Shown piece by piece: positions 17,321 to 26,463 of a stretch of DNA of 32,000 nucleotides. Position numbers and translations under genes: made by a program. Positions within the stretch are counted from its first letter, which is position 1; each line of letters starts with the position of its first letter. The notes below the pieces were generated by a model. That model was not told the origin of the DNA. It made no database searches and saw only the letters and a program-made list of their open reading frames with translations. The stretch is taken from assembly GCA_942493095.1 (NCBI GenBank), contig OW818675.1:2760001-2792000 (forward strand), read 5' to 3'. Source of the DNA: Candidatus Electronema halotolerans. GTDB lineage: Bacteria > Desulfobacterota > Desulfobulbia > Desulfobulbales > Desulfobulbaceae.

Positions 17321-20300
17321 ATGAGCGACGAGCAGCATCTCCCAGAGTCAAATCAGAATTCTGATTTCGGAGCAATCCAAATCAGTTCCGAACCGCCTCC
17401 CTCTCCCAGTCCGTCAGAGCCGGTCAAGCCCAGGCCAGCAGCGGCTCCCAAAAAAGCGGCCCGCCGCAAGAAAACCGCCCCCTCCGGCGGCAGAAGCTGG
17501 TTTTGGCTGCTCCTGCTTCTGCCCATGCTCCTGCTCTGCTATTTTGCCGGAGTCCGTTACCTGCTGCCGTCCTATATCAAAGGCGAGCTGGCCGGAAAAC
17601 TCGCCCGCGAGCTGGGCAGGCCAGTCACAGTCGGGCAGGCCAGTCTTGCCCCTTTCACCTTTGCCCTGCATCTGGGCGAAATCAGCCTTGGCCCGGCAGC
17701 AGCGCAGCCGGAAGAGCCGGAGCTGGCCCGCATCGCGGCCTTGAATGCCCAGCTCCGTCCAGAGGGCTTGCTGCATGGTCAAGTCGTACTTGATAATGTC
17801 CGCATTGACCGGCTGCGGGCCAATCTGCTTCGGCGAGAGGACGGCAGCTTCAATGCGTTGCCGCCAGGCAGCAGCCTGTTCAGCGGTCTGGATATGCTCC
17901 CGGACTGGCTGCACGTGCATGGCCTGCGTTTGCACCGGAGCACGGTTCATTTCTTGGATCAGCCGAGCGGCAAGCGGCATCTTGTCGAACACATTGAATT
18001 TGTTCTGCCTGCGGACGCGCAGGGAGCCGAGCCGAGCCTGAGCGCGGTGGTCAATTCCAGCCCGCTCCAGATTATTGGCCAGCAAGAGGGCGGCAAGGAG
18101 GCCCGCCTGACGCTCAAGCTGGATGAAATCGATCCGCTGCAGTATCTGGGCCTTTTTCCCAGTCTGGCCGAGAAACTGAGCCTGAGCGCGGGCCGGGCAG
18201 ACGCGCTTTTGGAGATCATCCTCCATGACAAAAATCGGCCCGGCCAAGGCCCGGCAATCAGCGGCGAATTGACATTTTCTGATCTGCTGGCCCAGTCAGC
18301 CAATGCTGAGGAGCAGCCCAAGCAGGCTTTCCGGCTGACCGCATCCCGAGCCAATCTGGTGCTCCGGGCCAATCCGCTGAAAAGCATCTACACGATTGAG
18401 GAACTGCACTTGGAGGAGCCGCAGCTTGCTCTGCCGGAAAACCAGCAGGAACTGCTCCGGCACGGGGAGCAGCTTGCGGCCAAGGCAGCGGCCCTGCTCA
18501 ATTACGGCCAGATTGGTTTGGCGGTGGACAATTTGTCTCTAAGCAAAGGTCAAGTGCAAAGCGGCGCAACATCATGGAACGACATCAACTTGGAGCTGAC
18601 CGGCTTTGAGAATGCCAAGGCCAGCGGGTCGGCGGAGCAAAAAACAGCTTCCGCCCTGTCACTGGCCGCAGTCAGCAAGGAATCTGTCTTTTCATTCAAA
18701 GGCAGCCTTGAAGCGCAGGGCAGTCTTTCCGGCGACCTCAATCTCAAGAACGCGGCGGCGGCAGAGCTGCTGCAGCCATATCTCGGCGACAAACTGTCTT
18801 TGAGCAAGGGCATGGCAGATATTGCCGGTGAACTGCGGCTGGAAGCAGGCAAGAGCAGCAGCATGACCAAGGCTGCCGTGACTCTGCACGATTTCCGCCT
18901 CCAGCAGGGCAAGACCGAGCAGCTCTCTGCCAAGCTCCTGCAAGCAGCAGACTGCGCCCTTGACCGCAGCAGCGGCATGGTCTGCGGCAAGGCCGTGCTG
19001 GAAGGGGCGGATATTGCTGATGCGGATTTCTTTCTCGCTGGCGGCAAAACAGGCTTTGCCTGCGCTGATCTGGAGCTGAAACAATCTGCCACCAAGCTGC
19101 GGCTGGGCGGGATCATGCTGCCTCTGTCTGACCTGAACCTGCGCCTGAACGGCCTGCCCGGTCAGCTTGACTTGCAGGCGGCCATCGGCAAATGGGGCGG
19201 TTTGGAAATCAGCGGCAAGGCGGAGCAAGGAACGAAAGGGCTGAATCTGACCGGCACCATCAATTTACGCAATGCCGGGGCCGCCCTGCTCCGCCCCTAT
19301 TTGGCAGACAGCCGCGAGCGGATCAGCTTTCTCAAAGGCGGGGCAGACCTCAGCGGCGCACTGCGGCTGGAAGAGGGCAAACTGCATGTCTCTGACGGCA
19401 CCGTGGCCCTGCGGAATTTTGTCCTCCAGCGCAAAGGTGCGGCTCTGCTCTCCGGCAAAAGCATGAAGGGCGCAGACTGCACTCTTGACCGCACCGCCCG
19501 CAGCATGCGCTGCGCCAGCCTCAGCTTGGACGAGGCGGATTTTGTAGATACGGACTTTTTCCTCCGTCCTGCGGGCAGGCTGCATCTTGCTGCTGACAAG
19601 CTGGAAATCAAAAATTCGACCGCCCGACTGCGGCTGGCAGGCACTGCGCCGTTAGCTCTGTCCAGCCTGAACCTGAGTCTGAATGGCCTGCACGGCAAAG
19701 AACCAGGCACCATCCGGCTGAATGCGACCGCAGGCGGCTCCGGCAGGCTGGAACTCAGCGGCACTGCCTCAGCGGCAAAGGCGGGGCTGGCGGTTTCCGG
19801 CAGCCTATCTCTGCGCAACATGGCCGCCGATCTCCTCAATCCCTATATTTCGTCAGGCAATGATATCCGCATCCGACAAGGCAGGCTGGACATCAGCGGC
19901 GCGGGCAGCTTGAATCCGGCTCAAGACGGGGCCGCGCTCAGTCTGACCAGCGGCACCGTGCAGCTACACGATTTTGCCCTGCAAGGCTTGGTTTCCGGCA
20001 AGCTCATGACTGGTAAGGAATGCTCGCTGGACCGCAGCCTGAGCTGCGCCAGCCTCAGCGTCGAGGAGGCGGATTTTTCGGACACTGACTTTTTTCTCCG
20101 GCCAGCCGGGCGGCTGCATCTTGCTGCTGACAAGCTGGAAATCAAAAATTCGACCGCCGGGCTGCGGCTGGCAGGCACTGCGCCGTTAGCTCTGTCCAGC
20201 CTGAACCTGAGTCTGAATGGCCTGCACGGCAAAGAACCAGGCACAATCCGGCTGAATGCGACCGCAGGCGGCTCTGGCAGGCTGGAACTCAGCGGCACTG

Positions 20301-22246
20301 CCACGGCAGCAGAGGCAGGGCTGGCAGTCTCCGGCAGCGTGGCTCTGCGCAACATGGCCGCTGCTTTGCTCAATCGCTATCTTGCCAAAATCCGCTTCAG
20401 TCAAGGCAGGCTCGACATCAGCGGGGCGGGCAGTTTGAATCCGGCACAAGACGGATATGCGCTCAATCTCTCCAGCGGCACGGTGCAGCTACGCGATTTT
20501 GCCCTGCAAGGCAATGGCGCAGCCTTGGTTTCCGGCAAGATGCTGACCGGGGAAGACTGCGCCCTTGACCGCAGCTTGCTCTGCGCCAGTCTCAGGGTGC
20601 AGCAGGCTGATTTCGCCGCGCAGGCTCCGGCCTTTTTCCTGCAGCCGGAGAACCGATCCAGTTTTGCCTGCAATGAGCTGGCGATCAGCGATTCCACTGC
20701 TTTGCTGCCGGTTGGCGCAGGGGCAAATCGGCCCATGCTGCCGCTCTCCAGTCTGAATATGCGCCTGAATCAGAATCAGCAAAATAACTTGCATTTGAAA
20801 GCAGGCACGGGCGGTCAGGGCAGTCTTCGGGCTGATGGAACTCTGAACCGGGATGGCAGCGGCGCAGCCAGCCTGACTGGCAGCAATTTGGACATCCGCC
20901 TTTTCAACAAAGCTGTTGCCGGGCTGTTCCGCAAGAACCTTTCCCTCACCCCGCAACAGGGCCGCCTGAGCTTCAACGGCCAGTTCGCCTTGCCGGAGAG
21001 CCGCTTCAGCGGCCAATTCAGCATTGATGATCTGGCCGCAGGCAGCAGCCAAGGCGACAGCTTGAGCTGGCAAAAGGCCACAGGCAGCGGCGCAGTGCTG
21101 ACCTTGTCGCCCTTCAAAGCCGCAGTTAAGCAGCTTTCGCTTCAAGAACCGGCTGTCCGGCTCGCCTCACCAGAGAGCAGCCTGCCTGCCGCCTTTTTTT
21201 CTCTGTTCCAAGAGCTGCCGCCTGTCACGGTGGCGCAATGCAGCTGGAGCAAAGGCAGTTTCAACAGTTTCAGCGGCATGCAGGGCACTGTTGCGCCGCT
21301 CAAGGCAGGCGAGGCGGCGGACTTTTCCTTGAGCGGCACCATGAACGGCGGTCAGTTCAGCCTCAGCGGCACGACAGGCAGAGATAAGACAGAAATCAGC
21401 CAGCTGACTGCTGAACGACTGCCCTTGGTCAAGGTCGGGCAAAACTTGGCAGACCAGCTCAACCTGAAGAGCGGCACAGTCAGCCGGACTGTCAAAGACA
21501 GTGAAGATCAGCTTGATTTTGCTGGTTTCACTCCCAAGCCTGAGTCAGACTATGCCCTGACCTTGGCCCTGCTCACCGACAAAGACGGCTCCTTCACCAT
21601 GCCGCTGCAAGCCATGCCCTTTGCCGCTGCCGAGGAAACAATCAGCGCGACTGCGGCGGACAAGTTCAAACGGCTCCGTTCGCAATGTCAGGACGAGCCT
21701 TGGACTGTGCTGGAGAAGATGATCCCGGACATATCCAAGGCCCGGAAAATCGACTTCATCCCCGGCGACAAGGTGCCAGATTTTATGAACGGCCTCAACA
21801 GCATCCGCACCCTGTTCAGCATCCGTCCTCATCTTGGCTGGGCCGTGCAGGGCTGTCATGATGCTGAGGCGGATACAAAAACGCTGCTGGCGCATATCCA
21901 GCAAAGCGAGGCGCAGAAGGTTGCGGCGGAAAATATCCGGCGGCAGAAGGAGATGGAGCGGCTGATTGCCACAGAGACGGAGCGGCAGGCAAAATTGAAC
22001 AAGGCAGGTCTGCCGATTGTCAAGGACATGCTGCCGGAGATCAAGGCCCGGCCTGATCTTCAGCTCCTGCCCATGCCGCAGGCCGAGCTGCCGGAACATG
22101 TTCTGCCGGATTTGGCCAAGGCCCGCGCCGCAGTGGTGCGCGAGCATCTGATCAGCAAGCTCGGTCTGCCCGCAGACCACGTGCAAATCCATAAAAGCGG
22201 CGACTGCGGCGCGCAAGTGGTGCTGATTCCTGTGCCGGTTTGGTGA
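17321..22246 (+). CDS. Giant (1641 aa) AsmA-like / DUF748-containing protein with internal repeats
   Basis: Cytoplasmic Pro/Lys-rich start and one N-terminal TM (WFWLLLLLPMLLLCYFAGVRYLLP), then AsmA-like ELAGKLARELGRPVTVGQASLAPFTFALHLGEI. C-terminal part resembles DUF748 proteins. Confidence 0.8.
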   Translation: MSDEQHLPESNQNSDFGAIQISSEPPPSPSPSEPVKPRPAAAPKKAARRKKTAPSGGRSWFWLLLLLPMLLLCYFAGVRYLLPSYIKGELAGKLARELGRPVTVGQASLAPFTFALHLGEISLGPAAAQPEEPELARIAALNAQLRPEGLLHGQVVLDNVRIDRLRANLLRREDGSFNALPPGSSLFSGLDMLPDWLHVHGLRLHRSTVHFLDQPSGKRHLVEHIEFVLPADAQGAEPSLSAVVNSSPLQIIGQQEGGKEARLTLKLDEIDPLQYLGLFPSLAEKLSLSAGRADALLEIILHDKNRPGQGPAISGELTFSDLLAQSANAEEQPKQAFRLTASRANLVLRANPLKSIYTIEELHLEEPQLALPENQQELLRHGEQLAAKAAALLNYGQIGLAVDNLSLSKGQVQSGATSWNDINLELTGFENAKASGSAEQKTASALSLAAVSKESVFSFKGSLEAQGSLSGDLNLKNAAAAELLQPYLGDKLSLSKGMADIAGELRLEAGKSSSMTKAAVTLHDFRLQQGKTEQLSAKLLQAADCALDRSSGMVCGKAVLEGADIADADFFLAGGKTGFACADLELKQSATKLRLGGIMLPLSDLNLRLNGLPGQLDLQAAIGKWGGLEISGKAEQGTKGLNLTGTINLRNAGAALLRPYLADSRERISFLKGGADLSGALRLEEGKLHVSDGTVALRNFVLQRKGAALLSGKSMKGADCTLDRTARSMRCASLSLDEADFVDTDFFLRPAGRLHLAADKLEIKNSTARLRLAGTAPLALSSLNLSLNGLHGKEPGTIRLNATAGGSGRLELSGTASAAKAGLAVSGSLSLRNMAADLLNPYISSGNDIRIRQGRLDISGAGSLNPAQDGAALSLTSGTVQLHDFALQGLVSGKLMTGKECSLDRSLSCASLSVEEADFSDTDFFLRPAGRLHLAADKLEIKNSTAGLRLAGTAPLALSSLNLSLNGLHGKEPGTIRLNATAGGSGRLELSGTATAAEAGLAVSGSVALRNMAAALLNRYLAKIRFSQGRLDISGAGSLNPAQDGYALNLSSGTVQLRDFALQGNGAALVSGKMLTGEDCALDRSLLCASLRVQQADFAAQAPAFFLQPENRSSFACNELAISDSTALLPVGAGANRPMLPLSSLNMRLNQNQQNNLHLKAGTGGQGSLRADGTLNRDGSGAASLTGSNLDIRLFNKAVAGLFRKNLSLTPQQGRLSFNGQFALPESRFSGQFSIDDLAAGSSQGDSLSWQKATGSGAVLTLSPFKAAVKQLSLQEPAVRLASPESSLPAAFFSLFQELPPVTVAQCSWSKGSFNSFSGMQGTVAPLKAGEAADFSLSGTMNGGQFSLSGTTGRDKTEISQLTAERLPLVKVGQNLADQLNLKSGTVSRTVKDSEDQLDFAGFTPKPESDYALTLALLTDKDGSFTMPLQAMPFAAAEETISATAADKFKRLRSQCQDEPWTVLEKMIPDISKARKIDFIPGDKVPDFMNGLNSIRTLFSIRPHLGWAVQGCHDAEADTKTLLAHIQQSEAQKVAAENIRRQKEMERLIATETERQAKLNKAGLPIVKDMLPEIKARPDLQLLPMPQAELPEHVLPDLAKARAAVVREHLISKLGLPADHVQIHKSGDCGAQVVLIPVPVW
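19578..19767 (+). repeat. Intragenic repeat copy A (near-identical to 20112-20301)
   Basis: Shared runs GGCTGCATCTTGCTGCTGACAAGCTGGAAATCAAAAATTCGACCGCC and GCGGCTGGCAGGCACTGCGCCGTTAGCTCTGTCCAGCCTGAACCTGAGTCTGAATGGCCTGCACGGCAAAGAACCAGGCAC. Offset 534 bp (178 codons). Confidence 0.85.
20112..20301 (+). repeat. Intragenic repeat copy B (near-identical to 19578-19767)
   Basis: See copy A. Only a few substitutions over ~190 bp. Confidence 0.85.
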
Positions 22247-22277
22247 CAATTTGTCAGCATCTTGCAGAACGCGCAAC

Positions 22278-22313
22278 AAAAAAAGGCAGGGACCGTCTTC
22301 AGTCCCTGCCTTT
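22278..22313 (-). terminator. Intrinsic terminator of nifB; symmetric stem may also serve the + strand gene
   Basis: AAAGGCAGGGAC (22282-22293), 8-nt loop, GTCCCTGCCTTT (22302-22313). On the minus strand the stem is followed by a T7 run (A7 at 22278-22284 on +). It lies between two convergent genes. Confidence 0.85.
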
Positions 22314-22335
22314 CCGCCACGCCCCCTCCTGCTGA

Positions 22336-23610
22336 TCAGCCGCAGCCGGTTCCTGCACCAACGCAGGCCTGTTTGGAGGAGCATTTCCGCATCCGGCCTT
22401 GCAGCAGGCCCAAATCCTTGCCAGTATAGACCGCTTCCAGCCCTTTTTCAATAAAACCGGTCATGGCCACTGGCTTGATGCCCCGCTTGCTCAAGGCCTC
22501 TTTCGGCCCGTCGCCAAGGTCGCTGACGAGAATGGCTTGGCAGTCGCTGAGAATGCGGCTGAGATTGAGCCAGCGCTGCGCTCCTCCTCCAGCAGGCGGG
22601 GCCTGCCTTTCCTCGATGAGCTTATAGCCGCCCTGCTCGTCCTGACCCCAGATCTGAAACTTGACTGCCTCGCCAAGATGCTGATTCACCAAGACACCCT
22701 CCTGCGTGGCCACTGCCACGTAAGGCCGCACCGCTTCAGCAGGCTTGGGCAGACGGGCGCAGGCGCTCAGGCAGCCGCGCATCTCTTCAGTTTTGTCATC
22801 ATCCAACAGGCCGACCGCATCAGCCCGGCAGCGGGTGCAGTGCCGCATCTGGGGCAGATATTGCTCCGCTTCATTGCGGGTCGCGTTCATGACAGCCTTG
22901 GACGGCTCCGGGATGTCCTCGAACACCGTGTCCGCATTGGGGAACATGGCCATGCAGTTGAACAAATCCGCGCCCAGCTTCTGCATGGTCTTGGCAATCT
23001 CAATGATATGCCCGTCATTGATGCCCGGAATCAGGATGCTGTTGATCTTGACCGTGATGCCGTGCCGCTTCAATTTTTCAATCGCGGCGATCTGGCGGGC
23101 AAGAAGCAGCTCTGCTGCCTGTCTGCCCCGGTAGAGGACTTTGCCGTCCCGCACCCAGGAATAGATTTTTTCTGTCACTGCCGGATCAACGCCGTTCACT
23201 GTCACGGTGACGTGCGACACGCCGATTTCCGCCAGTTCCTCGACATGCGGAGCTAAAGTGAGACCATTGGAAGCCAGGCAGAGAATGGTCTCAGGAAAAC
23301 TTCTGCGGATCAGGCGCATGGTTTCCAAAGTTTCCTCGGCATTGGCAAAGGGGTCGCCCGGCCCGGCAATGCCTGCCACGGAGATGCGCGGCTCCTTTTC
23401 CAGCACCTTGCCCATGTAATAGAGGGCCTGATCCGGCTTCAAGACCGTGCTGGTCACACCGGGCCGCGACTCATTGACGCAGTCGTATTTGCGGTTGCAG
23501 TAGTTGCACTGAATATTGCACTTTGGGGCCACAGGCAGATGGACTCTGCCGTACTGACCTTTGACTTTGGCGTTGAAGCACGGGTGCCGGTTGAAATCTA
23601 TGCTGTTCAT
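22336..23610 (-). CDS. nifB: Nitrogenase cofactor biosynthesis protein NifB (radical SAM) with fused NifX/NafY-like C-terminal domain
   Basis: HPCFNAKVKGQYGRVHLPVAPKCNIQCNYCNRKYDCVNESRPGVTSTVL (CxxxCxxC and the ESRPGV NifB hallmark). C-terminal RPYVAVATQEGVLVNQHLGEAVKFQIWG. The track ORF extends to 23739, but 23610 is the natural start. Confidence 0.95.
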   Translation of the reverse strand: MNSIDFNRHPCFNAKVKGQYGRVHLPVAPKCNIQCNYCNRKYDCVNESRPGVTSTVLKPDQALYYMGKVLEKEPRISVAGIAGPGDPFANAEETLETMRLIRRSFPETILCLASNGLTLAPHVEELAEIGVSHVTVTVNGVDPAVTEKIYSWVRDGKVLYRGRQAAELLLARQIAAIEKLKRHGITVKINSILIPGINDGHIIEIAKTMQKLGADLFNCMAMFPNADTVFEDIPEPSKAVMNATRNEAEQYLPQMRHCTRCRADAVGLLDDDKTEEMRGCLSACARLPKPAEAVRPYVAVATQEGVLVNQHLGEAVKFQIWGQDEQGGYKLIEERQAPPAGGGAQRWLNLSRILSDCQAILVSDLGDGPKEALSKRGIKPVAMTGFIEKGLEAVYTGKDLGLLQGRMRKCSSKQACVGAGTGCG

Positions 23611-23711
23611 AATCGCTGCTCCTGTTTGCTGAATGGCCTGCGGAGGAATCATGCTCTGTTCAGGGGCAGGGAATTTCGCCACGCTGCCCACGTACTGCTG
23701 TCTTGGTGACA

Positions 23712-23726
23712 GCAAGATATGTGCCA
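23712..23726 (-). promoter_or_regulatory. Sigma-54 (RpoN) -24/-12 promoter for nifB
   Basis: Minus strand TGGCACATATCTTGC(T), an exact match to TGGCAYRNNNNTTGCW with GG-N10-GC spacing, ~100 nt upstream of the nifB ATG. Confidence 0.85.
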
Positions 23727-23816
23727 AATAATACAGCATCGTGTTTGCGAAACAGTTTCAGAAGGTTAATAAAGCACAACCAGGGTCAGGCAGGAAAAAG
23801 AGGCAGGGCAGGTTCT

Positions 23817-23832
23817 TGTTGCGTCAAAGACA
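23817..23832 (-). promoter_or_regulatory. NifA upstream activator sequence (TGT-N10-ACA)
   Basis: TGT TGCGTCAAAG ACA, about 90-100 bp upstream of the -24 element. Confidence 0.6.
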
Positions 23833-24045
23833 AAAATGAACAAACGCTGCATTATTGTTGCGGCAGCAAAACGCCGGACAGTCTCCCTGTTGAGCGTGGC
23901 TGAAAAATTCAGGAATGTTCAATCCATGCCAGTGCTCAGTATAACCAGATGATTATCTTGATTTTCCATCCGGTTGTCCGTTATGATAATTACTGATACT
24001 ATCCGGGCGTGAATTACGGTATGATAAATAAGACGTGCCTTCCCT

Positions 24046-24993
24046 TTGGAACAGCAGAAAATCGGGCAGCCGCCTGTTCTGTTTTTGGATGATTTTTATC
24101 AGGTGAACATTGTGGCTTTTGTTGATGGCAGTGTTGAACTCTTTGGCATTATTGGCAATCCAGTCCGTCATTCCTTGAGTCCGGTCATGCAGAATGCCGC
24201 CTTTGCCAGTTTGGGCATGAATCGAATCTATGTGCCGATGTCAGTGGCTGATCCAGCCCAAGCTGTGCCGGGGCTGCGCGCTTTAGGCTTCCAGGGCGTG
24301 AGCGTGACCGTGCCGCATAAAGAGGCAGTCATCCCTTTTTTGGATGCTGTCGATCCAGTGGCAGCGCAGATCGGCGCGGTCAACACGCTCCTGCTGCGGC
24401 AGGACAGCGCAGGCAAGGTGCGGATTCAGGGGTATAACACAGACTGGCTGGGAGCCAATGCAGCCTTGACCGCTGCCAAGGTCAATCTGCAAGGCAGCCG
24501 GGTTCTTGTCGCTGGGGCGGGCGGCGCAGCCAAAGCGGTTGCCTTTGGCCTGAAGCAGGCAGGCGCGAATGTGCTGATCACCAATCGGAGCGCAGTGCCC
24601 GGCCAAACCTTGGCCGCTTGGCTCAACTGCGAATTTGTCCCATTGCAAGAGGCGGATCGGCAGACCGGAGATATCTTCATCAACACCACTTCAGTCGGCA
24701 TGGAGCCTGATTTGAACGGCTGTGTCATTCCGCCGGCAATGCTGCCGAACTTTTCTGCGGTCATGGATATAGTCTATGCGCCGCTGGAGACCCGTCTGCT
24801 CCGGGAAGCCAAAGCCGCTGGCTGCACAACCATTGACGGACTTGCCATGCTTCTGCATCAGGGCGCGGAGCAGTTTCGCATCTGGACAGGTCAGCCCGCG
24901 CCGGAAGCAGTCATGCGGGCGGCATTGGAGGAGGAGCTGCGGCGGCGGAATGAACGTGTCCGACACAAGCAAACTGAAAAACTAAAAAAATAG
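24046..24993 (+). CDS. aroE: Shikimate dehydrogenase (true start probably a GTG near 24103 or 24112)
   Basis: LFGIIGNPVRHSLSPVMQNAAFASLGMNRIYVPM...GVSVTVPHKEAVIPFLD...IGAVNTLL...GYNTDWLGA...VLVAGAGGAAKAV...INTTSVGM. Confidence 0.93.
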   Translation: MEQQKIGQPPVLFLDDFYQVNIVAFVDGSVELFGIIGNPVRHSLSPVMQNAAFASLGMNRIYVPMSVADPAQAVPGLRALGFQGVSVTVPHKEAVIPFLDAVDPVAAQIGAVNTLLLRQDSAGKVRIQGYNTDWLGANAALTAAKVNLQGSRVLVAGAGGAAKAVAFGLKQAGANVLITNRSAVPGQTLAAWLNCEFVPLQEADRQTGDIFINTTSVGMEPDLNGCVIPPAMLPNFSAVMDIVYAPLETRLLREAKAAGCTTIDGLAMLLHQGAEQFRIWTGQPAPEAVMRAALEEELRRRNERVRHKQTEKLKK

Positions 24994-24998
24994 CTGTT

Positions 24999-25955
24999 AT
25001 GCACCTTAGATGCGTTGAAATTTGTGCTGGAGCAGGCGGGCAGGCTCTTGGTTTGGAGCGGGCTGGTTTTGAACCGCAAGTTTTGGTGGAAATAGAAAAT
25101 TCATGCTGCAAGACGCTGCTGGCCAATCGTCCGCACTGGCATGTGCTTGAAGATGATTTGAAGGAATTTGACGGCAGACCATATCGCGGAGTTGATTTGC
25201 TGGCAGGCGGTGTGCCGTGCCCGCCCTTTTCCAAGGCAGGCAGGCAGCTTGGCAGCAAGGATGAGCGTGATCTTTTTCCAGAAGCACTGCGGCTTGTTGA
25301 TGAAATCAGACCTCGTGCTGTGATGCTGGAGAATGTCCGGGGATTCTTGGACGCAGTCTTTGAAGATTACCGCCTCCGCTTGAAAAGACAGCTTGAAAAA
25401 ATGGGATATGCTGTAGGATGGCGGCTGCTCAACGCCTCTGATTACGGCGTTTCACAGCTTCGTCCACGTGTGGTGATTGCTGCTTTGCGCAAAGACATGT
25501 CAGAAGTCATGTCATGGCCTCAGCCTGGAAAAACGCAGCCGATGACTGTTGGGGGCTTGCTTCAAGATCAGATGGCCTTGAATGGCTGGACTGGTGTGAA
25601 CCGCTGGATTAAGCAGGCTGATGACATCGCCCCGACCATAGTTGGCGGCTCGAAAAAACATGGTGGCGCGGATTTAGGGCCGACAAGGGCAAAAAAAGCA
25701 TGGGCCGCCTTGGGAGTTGACGGCAAAGGTGTGGCAGATGCCCCGCCGGAAAGAGATTTTGTTGGGATGCCGAGGCTGACAATACGGATGGTGGTGCGGA
25801 TTCAAGGTTTTCCTGATGAATGGCAGTTCGTTGGCAGGAAAACTCCAGCATATCGTCAAATCGGCAATGCCTTTCCTCCGCCTGTCGCTCATGCCGTGGC
25901 ATCTGAAATTTATCGCAGTTTGACTAAAAGAAAAATGTTCGCATTGGCCGCATAA
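24999..25955 (+). CDS. DNA (cytosine-5) methyltransferase, Dcm-like
   Basis: VEICAGAGGQALGLERAGF (motif I), GGVPCPPFSKAG (motif IV PC), ENVRGF (motif VI) and YRQIGNAFPPPVA (motif X). Confidence 0.93.
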   Translation: MHLRCVEICAGAGGQALGLERAGFEPQVLVEIENSCCKTLLANRPHWHVLEDDLKEFDGRPYRGVDLLAGGVPCPPFSKAGRQLGSKDERDLFPEALRLVDEIRPRAVMLENVRGFLDAVFEDYRLRLKRQLEKMGYAVGWRLLNASDYGVSQLRPRVVIAALRKDMSEVMSWPQPGKTQPMTVGGLLQDQMALNGWTGVNRWIKQADDIAPTIVGGSKKHGGADLGPTRAKKAWAALGVDGKGVADAPPERDFVGMPRLTIRMVVRIQGFPDEWQFVGRKTPAYRQIGNAFPPPVAHAVASEIYRSLTKRKMFALAA

Positions 25956-25965
25956 GGAAAACAGC

Positions 25966-26463
25966 ATGGCAGCAAAAGGCATAGGAGCACGAACAAAACT
26001 CAGGCAGCATTTCCTTGCCAATCTTGGCCGGATCATGAACTCCGACGAGCTGCGGGAAGTTGCTGGAGGCATCACAGAATGGGCCAGACGGGTCAGAGAA
26101 TTGCGCACTGAAGAAGGGTATCAGATTCAAACCCACAACGACCGCAGTGATCTCAAGCCGGGGCAGTATATTCTCTGCGACCCCAAACCTCAACCAGCTT
26201 TTGAACGGTCGATTTCAAAAGAAATAAGAGCCTTGGTTCTGGACAGAAACGGATTCACCTGCCAGATGTGCGGAGCAGTGGCAGGGGAACCGCATCCGTA
26301 TGATTCAACGAGAAAAACGCGGCTGCATATTGGACATATTATTGACAAGTCTCAAGGCGGCACTGATGATCCTGCCAATTTGCGGGCCTTGTGTTCCGTA
26401 TGCAATGAAGGCGCGTCCAATCTCACTTTAGAAAGACCGTCAGCGCAAAAGCTGCTCATCTAA
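25966..26463 (+). CDS. HNH endonuclease, putative restriction partner of the m5C methylase
   Basis: VLDRNGFTCQMCGAVAGEPHPYDSTRKTRLHIGHIIDKSQGGTDDPANLRALCSVCNEGASN, an HNH core with CxxC pairs. Starts 11 bp after the methylase ORF. Confidence 0.88.
   Translation: MAAKGIGARTKLRQHFLANLGRIMNSDELREVAGGITEWARRVRELRTEEGYQIQTHNDRSDLKPGQYILCDPKPQPAFERSISKEIRALVLDRNGFTCQMCGAVAGEPHPYDSTRKTRLHIGHIIDKSQGGTDDPANLRALCSVCNEGASNLTLERPSAQKLLI

Noticed and set aside
17414-18247. 277-aa - strand ORF and similar minus ORFs at 18550-19839 and 20489-21145
   Set aside because: Shadow ORFs opposite the 1641-aa AsmA-like gene. Their internal repeats simply mirror the repeats of the sense gene.
18541-20760. Periodic repeats as a possible CRISPR-like or non-coding array
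   Set aside because: The period (~534 bp) is a multiple of 3 and lies in one continuous, well-behaved reading frame, so these are protein-domain repeats.
21545-22384. 279-aa - strand ORF
   Set aside because: Antisense to the C-terminus of the AsmA-like gene and crosses the convergent terminator, so it is unlikely to be coding.
22399-23256. 285-aa + strand ORF
   Set aside because: Antisense to nifB, which has unmistakable radical-SAM/NifB motifs.
23953-24171. 72-aa - strand ORF between nifB and aroE
   Set aside because: Overlaps the aroE N-terminus antisense, with no RBS or motif support.
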